From Psammoneis japonica (lineage: Eukaryota): a stretch of DNA of 64,000 nucleotides. This document shows, piece by piece, positions 13,400-25,353 of the stretch. A program made the position numbers and the translations under genes. Where the stretch lies: contig QPGO01000009.1 in the NCBI GenBank assembly GCA_008632985.1, positions 310,001-374,000 on the forward strand, read 5' to 3'. The notes below the pieces were generated by a model. The model made no database searches. It worked only from the letters and a program-made list of their open reading frames with translations, and was not told the origin of the DNA. The first letter of the stretch is position 1. The number at the start of each line of letters is the position of its first letter.

Positions 13400-14720
13400 C
13401 TTTCTACAAGATGCATTGAACATGTTTTGAAGGAGACTTTTAAAAAAGATGCAGGTGAAGCAAAAGCAGCCAAAGGTTGCAAATGATGACCCTGAAAACT
13501 CTGAGAGCTGTGACAGCACCATTGGCAAATTGGAGGATCAAATTGGCAGTTGTCAAGAGGAAGCATTTGGCCCCATTTCCAATCACTGTCACAAAGCTTG
13601 AGATGCAGTTGCAGCAACCATCATTTGTGGCAATGTTGATGGTCAAGATCATCCTCATTAAAAATGTCTTTTGGGTGATTGAAAAATGACCCATGCCACC
13701 CAACTCTGTTGTTGGAACAAAATGAAAGTCCCAATGCACCTCAGCTTTTGTTTCAGCAGCATCTAACTGCAAAATGTTGTTCAAAGCATGGCATGTTCAT
13801 TGAAGCATGTTTTGTTTGTGGGGCAGATCTAGATGGGAACAAGGGCACAAAGGTCAAACAAAAGACCTTGTTGACAAGGTTCCACAAACAATCCGGGTCT
13901 TTGTGAAAAAACACCACATTCCAAGTTTGAAAAAGCTGCGTTGCCATCCTCCTCATGTGGCCATTCTTGGGAAAAATCATTGCATCGAAATGCATCTCAC
14001 AAGACATTTGAGTCAATGCCCAACAGCATCTTCATGCCATCTGCTTCTTGCTGCTCCAAGCATCTTCAATCCAAGTTCAACAACCAGTTTCAGGGAGATC
14101 ATTGTGGCACAACTGAATGATGTCCATTGAAGGCAGAGTTTGCAATGTGATGATTGACAGCAAGGCTGAGAAAATTGCCATGCACATCTCTCTGTTTCTT
14201 CTGAGCAAGATGCTGCAATCACAACCCATGCTCACTTGGGGAAGAGTTTGTTGCATGGTTGAAAAACTGTGACATGGACTGCAGCAGACATGGCTTGTGA
14301 TTTGGGGGGTGCACATGTGGGTGTGCCAAACAACATCAATGCACTTTGGCACTGTGATTGTTGTTTGTGTTTGCCCGTGATGCAAAAACATTGTCTTTGA
14401 CCATGCTCTGTTGGAGCACCTGGACACAGCAAAGGAGAGGTTGATGGAGTTGGACCCCACATTGAATTGTTCTCATGCATCATCAAGAAATGCAGTCTCT
14501 GCAACTGTCGCGGGAGCCAGTGATGAAGACAGGAATGTTGGAGCTGGTGCTTTGGTCATGGATGACAACAATTGCACAGTGAAGCACAGTCACTCACAGG
14601 AATGTTTGGGAATGACAGCCAGAGAAGCAAGTGCCAAAAGAACAGTTGGTGACAGGAAACATGCTGTGAGGGAATTCCTTCAAAAGCTGAACCAGGGGGG
14701 GGTGTCATCTGCAAGACCAA
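13400..14720 (+). mobile_element. Degenerate DNA transposase remnant, Sola-like (probably Sola2-type)
   Basis: Frame-hopping translation gives KFNNQFQGDHCG..MSIEG, EQDAAITTHAH, TCGCAKQHQC (~TDGCAKQY) and VGAPGHSKGEVDGV (~GHGKGxVDG) at ~14060-14450. Confidence 0.5.
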
Positions 14721-14929
14721 AATGATGTTCCCAGTTCTTTGGTTGAAGTCCAGTTGTGAGGATTGGTCCAACTGCATCAGTGGCATTGGGGCACTGGTGG
14801 GGCCATGTGCCATTTTACATTGGAGCCCCTTGTTCTTGTTGGTTGGGTTGCCATGCAACTCAATCCTTGCACTTGTGATGGCTGCCCAGCTCAGCTTGGA
14901 TGTCCTTGGGCAAATGGTGTGATCAGAGT

Positions 14930-17900
14930 CCAAGGTCCAAGACTGCAAACCTGCTGGCAGAAGTGACTTCATCATTTGTGGTTTGACACTTTGCTCCAAG
15001 TGTGTTTCTGCCTCTGCACAGAGGCTGCTCTGCCACCACAACTGCAGCCAAACAAGCCACCCAAACTGTGCTCAACCATGTGTTGAGATGCTCTGGGTCA
15101 AGAAAAGTGTGACAAGCAGATGGGAGTGCACATGATTTGGCAGAAGTGAATTTTTCCGCCAACTGACACTTTCGCGCCACACAGTGCTTTTCTGCCCACT
15201 GCCCAGAATTCACACTGACACCACAGTTGCAGGTGAGCAAGCTGCCCAAGCTGTGCCCAACCCTCAAAGCATGTTTCTTGGGACACAAGGAGTGTGCCAA
15301 GAGCAGAAGTGACTCTTTTGCTTTCTGTGGCTTGCTTGACACTTTGCATGCAGGCATTTCTGTCAGCCCAGAGGCTGCTCTGCCACTGCAGCTGCAGTCA
15401 AGCAAGCAACCAAAACTGTGCTTGGCCATTTGATGATGTTTCTTGGCACATGAAGAGCGTGCTCAGTGGCTGAGAGTGCAGAAAATTTGGCAAAAGTATT
15501 TTTTTTGCCCGCTGACACTTTGACATGAGACATCTCTCTGGCTGCTGCTGACACTTTGCTCTGCCATCACAACTGCAGTCAAGCAAGCCCCACAAACTGT
15601 GCTGAACCCTTTGAGGTCATTTCTTGGTGCAGGGAAAGTGTGCTCAGAAGCCAAAACTGCAAATTCATCGGCAGAGGTGACTTTTCATGTGGTTTGACAC
15701 TTTGCCTGCAAAGGTTTGTGCCCACCCAGAGGCTGCTCTGCCACCACAGCCTCTGTCAAGCAAGCCACCCAAACTGTGACAAACCATTTGATGATCTTTC
15801 TTGGGACATGAAAAATGTGCTCAGAAGATGAGAGTGCCAACAATTTGGCAACAGTGGCTGTTTCTGCCAACTCACACTTTCCCACCACACACTGCTTTTC
15901 TGCCTGCTGCAAAGATTCACACTGCCACCACAGTTGCAGTTGAGCAAGCCACCCAAGCTGTGCACAACCCTTCAAGCATGTTTCTTGGGACACAAGGAGT
16001 GTGCTCAGAAACCAAGACTGCAAACACAATGGCTGGCAGAAGTGACTTTTGCTTTCTGTGGCTTGACACTTTGCATGCAGGCATTTCTGCCAGCACAGAG
16101 GCTGCTTTGCAACCAAAGCTGCAGTCAAGCAAGCCACCAAAACTGTGCTCAACCATTTGATGATGTTTCTTGGCACAGGAAGAGTGTGTTCAGTGGCTGA
16201 GGGTGCAGAAAATTTGGCAAAAGCACTTTTTTTGCCTGCTGACACTTTGACACCAGACTTCTCTCTGGCTGCTGCTGACACTTTGCTCTGCCATCACAAC
16301 TGCAGTCAAGTGAGCCCCACAAGCTGTGCTGAACCCTTTGAGGTTATTTCTCAGAACAGGGAAGGTGTGCTCAGCAGCCAAAAACTGCAAATTCATTGGC
16401 AGAGGTAACTTTTTCTGTGGTTTGACACTTTGCAGCCCACCCAGAGGCTGCTCTGCCACAACAGCCTCTGTCAAGCAAGCCACCAAAGCTGTGCTCAAAC
16501 ATTTTATGATCTTTCTTGGGACATGAAAAATGTGCTCAGAAGATGAGAGTGCCAACAATTTGGCAAAAGTGACTTTTCCTGCCAACTGACACTTTCCCAC
16601 AACACACTGCTCATCCTCTGCCTGCTGCCCAGATTTCACACTGCCACCACAGTTGCAGCTGAGCAAGCCACCCAGGCTGTGCCCAACCCTTCAAGCATGT
16701 TTTTTGGGGCTCAAGGCATTTTCTCAGAAGCCAACTTTTACTTTCTGTGGCTTGACACTTTGCCTCCATGGGTTTCTGCCTGCCCAGAGGCTGCTCTGCC
16801 ACCAAAGCTGCAGTCAAGCAAGCTGGCAAAACTGTGCTCAACCATTTGATGATGTTTCTTGGCACATGAAGAGTGTGCTCAGTGGCTGACAGTGCAGACA
16901 ATTTTGGCAGAAGTGACTTTTCTGCAACTGACACTTTGACACCAGACTTCTCTCTGGCTGCAGCTCACACTTTGCTCTGCCACCACAACTGCAGTTTGTG
17001 GAGCCCCACAGACTGTGCTGAGCCCTTTGAGGTTGTTTCTTGGGACATGGAAGAGTGCTCAGAAGCCAAGACTGCAAATTCATTGGCAGTTGTGACTTTT
17101 CCTGAGGTTTGACACTTTGCCTGCAAGGGTTTCTGCCCACCCAGAGGCTGCTCTGCCATCACAGCTGCAATCAAGCAAGCCACCCAAATGGTGCTCAACC
17201 ATTTCAGAAGAAGCCTTTGGACATGAATGGTGTGCTCAGATGCTGGAAGTGAAAACAATTTGGGAGAATTGATGTTTTCTGCCAACTGACATTTTGCCGC
17301 CATCCTTCTTTGTCTTTGTCTGCTGCCCAGATTTTGCTGTGCTGCCACCACTGGAGTTAAACAAGGTCACACAATCTTTGCTTGACCCTTTGAGGTTCAA
17401 CACCAGACTTCTCTGCCTGCTGCTGAAACTTTGCTTTGTTGCCACAGCTGCAGTCAGGCAAGCCCCACAAACTGTGCTGAACTCTTTGCAGCTGTTTCTT
17501 GGGAAATGGAGAGTGTGCTCAGAATCCTTGACTGCAAATGCATTGGCACAAGTGACTTTTCTGTGGTTTGACACTTTCCCTCAAGGAGTTTCTGCCCACC
17601 CAGAGGCTGCTCTGCCACCACAACTGCAGCCAATCAAAGCCACCCAAACTGTGCTCAACCATTTGACAAGATGCTTCTGGACAGGAAAAGTGTGCTCAAA
17701 AGATGAGAATGCAAACAATGTGGCAGAAGTGACTTTTTCTGCCAGCTGACACTTTCCTGCCACACACTGCTTTTCTGCCTGCTGCCCAGATTTCACACTG
17801 CCACCACAGTTGCAGCAGCTGAGCAAGCCACCCAAGCTGTGCCCAATCCTCTGTGCATGTTTCTTGGGACACAAGGAGTGTGCTCAGAAGCCAAGACTGC

Positions 17901-18320
17901 AAACATGTTTGCAGAAGTGACTTTTTTTGTTGTTTGACACTTTGCCTCCAGTTGCCTGTCTGCCCACCCACCAGAGGCTGCTCTGCCACCACAGCTGCAG
18001 CACAGCCAAACAAACCACCCAGTCTGTGATCAACCCTTTGAGCTTGTTTCTTGGGACATTTAGAGTGCACTCAGATGCTGAGAGTGCAAACAGTGTGGTG
18101 GAAGTGACTTTGTTTCTCCTGGCTGACACTTTGCCACCAGGTTTCTTGGCCTCCTGCCCCGATTTGGCTTTTCCACCACAACTGCAGCAGTCAAGCAAGC
18201 CACCCAAACTGTGCTTGCTCCTTTGAGGTCATTTTTTGGGACATGAAGGAAGAATGTGCTCAGAAGTTGTGAGTGCAAAAACATTGGCAGAAGTGACTTT
18301 TTCTGTTGACTCACACTTTT
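14930..18320. repeat. Satellite array, ~175-180 bp monomer (~19 copies) with a ~700-730 bp four-monomer higher-order repeat
   Basis: GACACTTTG...GAGGCTGCTCTGCCACCACAACTGCAGTCAAGCAAGCCACCCAAACTGTGCT...GGCAGAAGTGACTTT recurs; ACTTTGCATGCAGGCATTTC at ~15341 and ~16068. Confidence 0.9.
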
Positions 18321-18378
18321 CCGTGGCACAGTTGGCAGCTGCATTGGGTGGAGTTGAGGTGGTGGCACCTCGGGTTGA

Positions 18379-18831
18379 TCAGCTGGCAACACCGTTGGCT
18401 CCATCCAAAGCAGGAACAACAGCCAGCACAATGGCAGTTGCTGCACCGGATGGCAACAGAGTGGGTGTTGGGGGCAGTGATGGCTGCCTTGTCGGACTGC
18501 TTGCAATGACATGATCTGGTGTGGACAGCGCATCAGTCAGAGGTGGAGTGGGTGCAGGCATCAGAGGTGGCATTGGAGTGGGTGCAGGGAATGGGGAAGC
18601 AACCTGATGTGGTGCTGACAACATGGGCATTGGCATTGGACCTGGTTGAGACAATGGGGTTTTGGGTTGAGCGGTTGGTGACATGGTTGGCACTGGTGCG
18701 GCAACAAATGCATCGGGCGCAGACAGGGCAGGTGTCGGAGGCGGCATCAAACTGGGGGCAGGAGGTGGTGCAGGAAACTTGCCTTGGAGTGGATTTGATT
18801 CAGCAAAATGACTGCACAGCACATTGACCAA
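18379..18831 (-). pseudogene. Pro/Thr-rich (PTxAP-type) coding remnant
   Basis: Low-complexity P/T/A-rich ORF of the kind seen in diatom extracellular protein linkers; lies in the mutated domain. Confidence 0.3.
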
Positions 18832-18859
18832 GAGCTGGCAAACCCGTGATTTTCCTCAT

Positions 18860-19140
18860 CATCGATGGTTGAGCTCCTCACCAACCACTCCATGACATCC
18901 AGCACCATTTCTTCCAAGCCTCGCTGAGACACAAAGAGCAAGCTGGCATCCACACCAAGGTTGCTGGCATGCAATGAATCAAGAGCATGCTCTGCATCCA
19001 CAAGGCAGCAGTTCCTCTGAGCTTTTGAGATTTGGCAATGGCATCTGAGGCAAGTGCACAGTCTTTCCAGAGCCCTCTGACCCACAAATCTCAGCGACAC
19101 GTCCCTTCAGGTGTCCGCCACACAGCACCACATCCAAAAT
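18860..19140 (-). pseudogene. recA: Bacterial-type (organellar) RecA fragment, mutated
   Basis: LDVVLCGGHLKGRVAEICGSEGSGKT (Walker A; EIYG->EICG), then after a frameshift LVDAEHALDSLHASNLGVDASLLFVSQ...WLVRSSTID. Confidence 0.75.
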
Positions 19141-19902
19141 GTGAGAAAAAAGAACACACTCATGCTGAGTTTGCATTGATGCACATCTCTTCAAGTGCTG
19201 CTTGCACCATGCATGCACGCAAGTGAAATGCACTGTGAGTGTTGATGTCCCCCCGTGCCAGTGCAGTCTGCCCTCACATTCTCTGCATTTCCCAACTTCA
19301 TCACAGATCCACACCCACAACTGCGTTCAATCTGATGCAGAGCTCCATCCAGTGTGTCAATTGTTGGCATGTTTTCATTTTGCGTGGGGTGTCACAAAGG
19401 CAGTCATTGAAACAACACAGAGCTGCAACACAGCAACAACATCAGCGCGCCTCTCTCACAACAGGTTCGTCGGCTGCCATGGCTTCTGAAGTGGCCAAGA
19501 GTCCAGCAACAGATGCAGCATTGACCAATCCAGTTTGAGCCACTTTTGCCAGATCAACAATTCCTGGTTTTCACATGGTGCATGTCACAGCACTCAAGAG
19601 TCTGGGCAATGGATCGCCTCTTCAGCATCATGTCTTCTCCTCCGCCACAAATCACAGCTGAGCATCTTCTCTTTTTCTCTTTTCTTTTCTTCTTTTCCTC
19701 TCTCACTTTTCCTTTTCTCCTTTTCAGTTGATTCTTCTGGGCTGCCTCCGGCGGCCACCTCTTTCATTCTTCCCACATGCCAAAATCTCGATGCAGTGTT
19801 GTTGTCAAAGAAGAAGAAGAAAAAAAGAAACCTCTCGCTCTCTCGAACCCTGTGACATTTTCTCCGCAAATAGTAGAAGTACAAACAACACAGAGTGGCT
19901 GG

Positions 19903-20688
19903 TACAAGTAAAAAACCGGTCTGTCCTCTACTTTTTGGTGTCTTTGTAAAAGTCGATTTTGTTTCCAAAATCGATGGGGTTTTCACTATACAATGCTTCT
20001 TACGTCTTCTACCATTGTCAATTGACATGTTCTCATGCCTGTGTTCACCAGAGTCACGGTTCTGAACCCCATAACTAGTGTCGCAAGAGGGGGCTTTTTT
20101 TTGCTCCAAGAGGACAGACCGGTCGTCAGTAGAATTCTACGTGGAAATGTACCGAGAAATTTACAAAGTTTTTTTGCTCGCTTGTGGCCATCGTCTCTTG
20201 CAACGGCAGCATGGTAAGTCCATAATACACACTCGTATCGAATTATATGGGCCCATAAGCTATGATTGATTGCTGTTTTGCTTTGTTACTCGCACTGTGT
20301 ATGCAGGTGTTTGTCACTGGTCATCATTCATCATGACACATGGGGCAACTTCTTGTTGTCGAAAACTCAACAAAACGCAGCGCGATACAGTGTTAAAAAA
20401 TATTAAATAATGAAGATAATTAATGAACGAAAATCTCTGTAAAATTTCAGACGGTGCATTTTTTTTAGAAAATGGCGATGTGCCGTTTTTAGCCCCCGAT
20501 TGCGCTATGATGCAACATTCTTTTGTCCCGCTGTTTTCACCATGATCTCTATTGACGTTCTAACTGAAGTTTGTAGGTTGGGTTTGGATGGCAAACAGTG
20601 GGAAGTTACTCATAGAGTTGCTTTACAAAGTTTGCTCTTCCAAGAGGACAGACCGGTCGGAAGAGGACAGACCGGTTTTTTGCTTGTA
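19903..20688. mobile_element. Non-autonomous TIR element (MITE-like), TA-flanked
   Basis: TA-CAAGTAAAAAACCGGTCTGTCCTC at 19903-19928 and its inverted copy GAGGACAGACCGGTTTTTTGCTTG-TA at 20663-20688; extra GAGGACAGACCGGT copies at ~20110 and ~20644; no coding capacity. Confidence 0.65.
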
Positions 20689-20970
20689 CCGGTACCGTAC
20701 GATCGATCGCGCGCTCGCTCGACCAACTGACGTCATGACACGTCATTTGACATTATGTTTCAAATGCCGTTGCGTCTGCGGGCGGCTGTGCTTTCAGCTT
20801 CATCCGTGAGAACGCAACGCAACGAAACGAAACGTAACAACGCCAACACTTTTTTCGAGTTTTCTGTTGAAAGAACAACCCGAGGCAAAGCAAGCTCATT
20901 CGCACTTGTCGATTAGACGATAACACCCTCTCCAGATCAAAAGACACCATTTGAAAGAGACAAGAAACTG

Positions 20971-22519
20971 ATGTGTAGTCCTGGAAAGGCACCAACGGAT
21001 GCCAAACGTAAGTTGGAGGATCCACCGCCTGTTCCATCAACCCCAAGTTCTTCGTCTCGAAAACGTCGTCGTGTGTCGAAAGCAAATGTTCGCAAGCCGA
21101 AAACTCCAAATGCTTGTAATCCAATGAGCATTCCTTTGGCGAAAGAGGACGTAGTCTTCCTGGAAGAGCATCTCAAGAATAACAGTGACCTTCAGCAACA
21201 AAAGCTTTGTTTACCAAGTGGAACTCGTCCAAGCATCGCCCCGTATCAGTACGACAAGGACGCCTATGAAAAGACGCGTCTTTGTGCCGTTTCCATGAAG
21301 AAGAACAAATACGCATACGTTCCTCTTGGAGAAGATGGCGATCTCTTCATGCATGGACTGTTGCTTGAGGACATTAAAAAAGAGGGCTACACTCTGTACG
21401 ATCCCAACATCGGTTATAAGTTGTCTTCGAATTTCGAACACGATCATCAAGTGTGTGTGGCGGGGAATACCCACGATCGAGTCACCAGAATCATCAAGGA
21501 TTGGAATCTGTACAATGCCAAAAGAACCATGAAAATCGAGACACGTGTTTCTGACGTGGAAAACGCCGCTTCGACTCTTCAAGCAACAATGGCCAAACAT
21601 GGTGGTGATATAGCCGAGATAGCTCTGTACGATCGTTATAAGTTGTCTTCGAATTTCGAACACGATCATCAAGTGTGTGTGGCGGGGAATGCCCACGTTC
21701 GAGTCACCAGAATCATCAAGGATTGGAATCTGTACAATGCCAAAAGAACCATGAAAATCGAGACACGTGTTTCTGACGTGGAAAACGCCGCTTCGACTCT
21801 TCAAGCAACAATGGCCAAACATGGTGGTGACATAGCCGAGCTCCAGTCGATAGTATTCGGACAGGGGGTGAAACCATTCCAACAGGAGACGAAAACGGCT
21901 CATCTCGAGACGGGTTTGGTTTCCCTTCGAGTCAATCATGGCAAATTCACGGACCGCCTTCGTGTCCAGGAAGAGCAATTAGATGTAACGCCATCGCCGG
22001 GGTGCTATTATACGAAGACTTGCACTGTGAATGCCCTCATGCGGCAGGGCACAGCGGATCCAGGGACTCTATGAGAGTGGCATAGCATGCAAAGCTGGTT
22101 GTTGAGTTTGCCGCTTGTGCAAAACCCGTCGGTTGTCTATCGGGGAGTCAATATCCGACCAGACATCATCAACGGATGGCAGAGGCCCCTGCCTGGCTCC
22201 AACAATTGTTGACGAAAGATGCTCTTGTTGAGGATCCTGGTTTACGTGTACGTCTCGTGAATGGGGAGTTGCTTGGCATTTTGCGGGCGAGGAAGAGCCT
22301 GGTTTCCAGCCAGTACGCCTTATGATTACCATCAGTCACAAGTCTGGCCGTGACATTGAAAGCTTCGCGGCCGAAGAGCACAAATGGGAGAAGGAGATCA
22401 CTCTGCCTGCTTTGACGAGATTGCGAGTTCGCGATGTGATGAAGGAAATCCCGGGTCCCCAACCGTACATGGCCGTCTTCCAATGGCCGGCCGATCGTTT
22501 CGAGGTTTGTTCGAGGTAG
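20971..22519 (+). pseudogene. Coiled-coil protein with C-terminal R-S-E clade ADP-ribosyltransferase (exoenzyme/VIP2-like) domain; one stop and two frameshifts
   Basis: YYTKTCTVNALMR, [TGA 22072], LLSLP..VVYRGV, EDPG/FTCTSRE..VAWHF, ITISHKSGRDIESFA, WEKEITLPALTRLRV; internal 222-bp tandem duplication at 21392-21840. Confidence 0.7.
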
Positions 22520-23137
22520 CATAATTCTAAAATCTGTTTTGTCTTGAAAATCGGGTCATGTTCACAAAAGTACACGAACCATTGACAGCACTTATGTAGG
22601 ATTACATTCGCCACGCATCGCTATTCTTTGGTGGAACTATCTGGCCATCGACGACGGGTACTACTTGTTAGATCTTGTTGACGTGAGTAGCTTTCGTTAT
22701 ATTCAATATCGACGCTTTTACAACGCCTCTCCTCATTTGTACGATGGTAGTAACTAGCTGAAGCAATACCCAGCTTGGAGCATTGGAGCGTCCGACGTAC
22801 TGCTACCTTCAATGTAACTGCAAATCAAAAAACTGGCATCCGATTCTCTTGAGACCTGATCAAACCAAGTTCGTTCTGAAACAAATGGTGCATGAGTCTG
22901 TTTTTCATTTGTGCAAGCCAAATGCTGCACAAACGTTTCCAGCGTACTGTACTGTATCTGTAAAAGACTGCGTTGACACCTATTCTCTACAACAAAATAT
23001 GTACATGATGGCTATCATATGGAGTAATGGTGCCGTCTGCTCATCGCTGCTCCTCTTTTCACTCTCTCTCAACAGTTGCAGATCAAAACGATGATCAACA
23101 ACAAAAAAGTTTTGCATGTGCAGAGAGCCTTTGTCGT

Positions 23138-23413
23138 TCACTGTGCCACTTTGACGAGTTCTCGAAGAAGCGTACCGTAAGGACGACAGGAGACAACCGT
23201 CCTATTCATGTCGATAAAGTTTTGGCTGGAAACTTCAATAGCTCGCAATTTTTTATGCCCCAGCGACAAGGACACATGAAAGGTAACAAGATTGTTCGTG
23301 GCATCATACACATCAATCGCGTATCGTCCCGAGTTGACATCCATGCCTACCACCAACGCATAAAGAGAACCCCTCGTCGCCTCCAGCGCCGAAGCCGCCC
23401 ATGTCTCTTCCAT
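23138..23413 (-). pseudogene. Possible VPS11-like beta-propeller fragment
   Basis: YALVVGMDVNSGRYAIDVYDATNNLVTFHVSLS resembles the VPS11 N-terminal IYDxxNKxxAx motif; no full gene found. Confidence 0.3.
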
Positions 23414-25353
23414 ATGCTTGTCCTTGCCTGGAAGATAGATGCGCGCGATTTACTCTATGTAGCGAGGAGTGCCGAGAGCAATCGGCTCTTCATTCCGAAT
23501 GTCGACTTGATCTTGTTGGCTTGATTGACAGCCACCACAAAAAGACGAAAGTGTGTGTTGATAAGTGATACAGGCAGGTTTGCTGCCTTTGAAGCAATCG
23601 TTTTCGATTTATTTCATTCTGTGTTCTCTGTATGGGCCTGCTTGTCCTCTCGAACGAACTTAAGCTGGCTGGACCTGCTCAGATAACATCAAGGAAACAC
23701 AGCAATGAGGTTACTCACTATATGGCATGTCATAGCAAAGTCTATGACAGGCAAACCTCTCTTGCAATAACCAGTTGCACGTTTTCGTGATGGTCCAAGA
23801 TACGACGTAATTCATGACCAGCGCAAGCCGCTACTTTCTTCGACTGGACACCATTTTTTTCAAAATGATAGACGGCAACTTCTCCCCCCCCTCGGGTACA
23901 GATAACGCGAAAGGGATCGACAGGTACGAAGTGCAAAAACCTTGACAAGCTCCATATCCGCCCCGACACAGACTTTCGGACAAGTAATGCGAAACAAAGA
24001 GCTGATAACTTGTCTTGATGAATTCTTCAAATCGCCACAGTAGCAGCACAAAAGGTGGCAGCGTCTTATTCGAGTTCTTGGATGAGTCACGGTACAACAG
24101 ATGTTGCTCTTGCGTATAGCTTTCGATACGATGGAAGGAGGAAGGGGCGTATTCTCAAACAAAACGGCAAAAGCTTCCGCGGCCATTTGAGATAATCTCG
24201 AGTTGGTCTGAACACTGTCCGCGGCACTCAATCCTGTCGACTGCATGGAGCTTAAAAAAAGGATTGGTACTGACCACCACACTCATGGAAGAATACGATA
24301 CTTCAAAGTAACGCGTTTCATATCGATTCAATCCATTTCTGATCAGCTCCGTTGTCGGACATAAGCTGAACTTCTGCTTCATACTTTTCGTCAGCCTTGG
24401 TCCTGTAGTCGCTGTGCCATTAGTTATCTAATGAATTCTCTCCATAACAAGTGAGTCTGTAAAAACTGTGTCATCGCGATCAGGTGCATGCCTCCCGCAG
24501 TCGCACCAGCTTGGAGTTTCTTTCGTCTAGGCTGTCAAGAGAGACATGTGCGGCCGGTACTTTAACGCATCTGCTGTTGATGCATCACCATTGAGAAGAT
24601 CACCGATCACCCTCATCTGTCACAATTTCATCCATGGGCGCTCCCCTCCGACGGCGAAGCTCTATTTTGCTGCCCATCTTTATCCCAGCTCTCTTCCACA
24701 AGCCGCTTCCTGCGTTTGAAAATCAAGCATTCAATCGGACCCAAACCCTTTTCAATGGACGAAATAGTCTAGCAGCCTTGACATCCTCCTCTTTGGTTAC
24801 ATCACAAGCGTAGGCCACGGAATTTGCAATTTCAGATGATTCGGCGGCCTATTTGTATAGAGAAAGATGTGCGCACTACAATCGATCAATATAATGTACC
24901 TGCCTTGACCTTATCGAGGCGGGTGCTTGACATATAGCAACTGTGCGACGTATCGCTTGTCAAATCGTTATAGTTATAGAGTGGTAGGCCTCCGAAGTTA
25001 ACACACCATGGTGAGGTGTGTTTTTTTGAGCGGTGGCGGTGGGGATGTACCGGTAAAAGGTTATGAGAGTGCCAATTACAAATCAGCGTACGAAGGACGG
25101 TCGCCAGGTTGCGTTTTCGCGCGAGTACGCACGCAGATGAGAACGCCATCATTCTCCCTCCGAGCTCGCAAAAAAAGCAAGGCGATGACGAAGCTCCTCG
25201 CTTCCCCTCACTTCCCCTCACTTCCACACAACACACCCACTGCAGTGAAACAAGCAACGTTGTGATTGAAACAAAACAAATATATAATGATTTCGCTGTA
25301 AAACAATTCGTTTGAGAGAGTGAGCAAAGCGCCACCAATTCGTCGTCGTCGTC

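Larger units (their letters stand above)
9600..19860. other. Hypermutated domain 1: TpA strongly depleted, CpG also depleted in its core
   Basis: Very few TA dinucleotides over ~10 kb compared with the flanks; ORF-track translations almost Tyr-free and Cys/His-rich. Confidence 0.9.

Noticed and set aside
9600..19860. Dense overlapping Cys/His-rich ORFs as novel metal-binding proteins
   Set aside because: Artefact of TA loss: TAA/TAG stops and Tyr codons are removed in all six frames.
21211..21978. 255-aa minus-strand ORF
   Set aside because: Antisense shadow of the 20971 ORF; no motifs.
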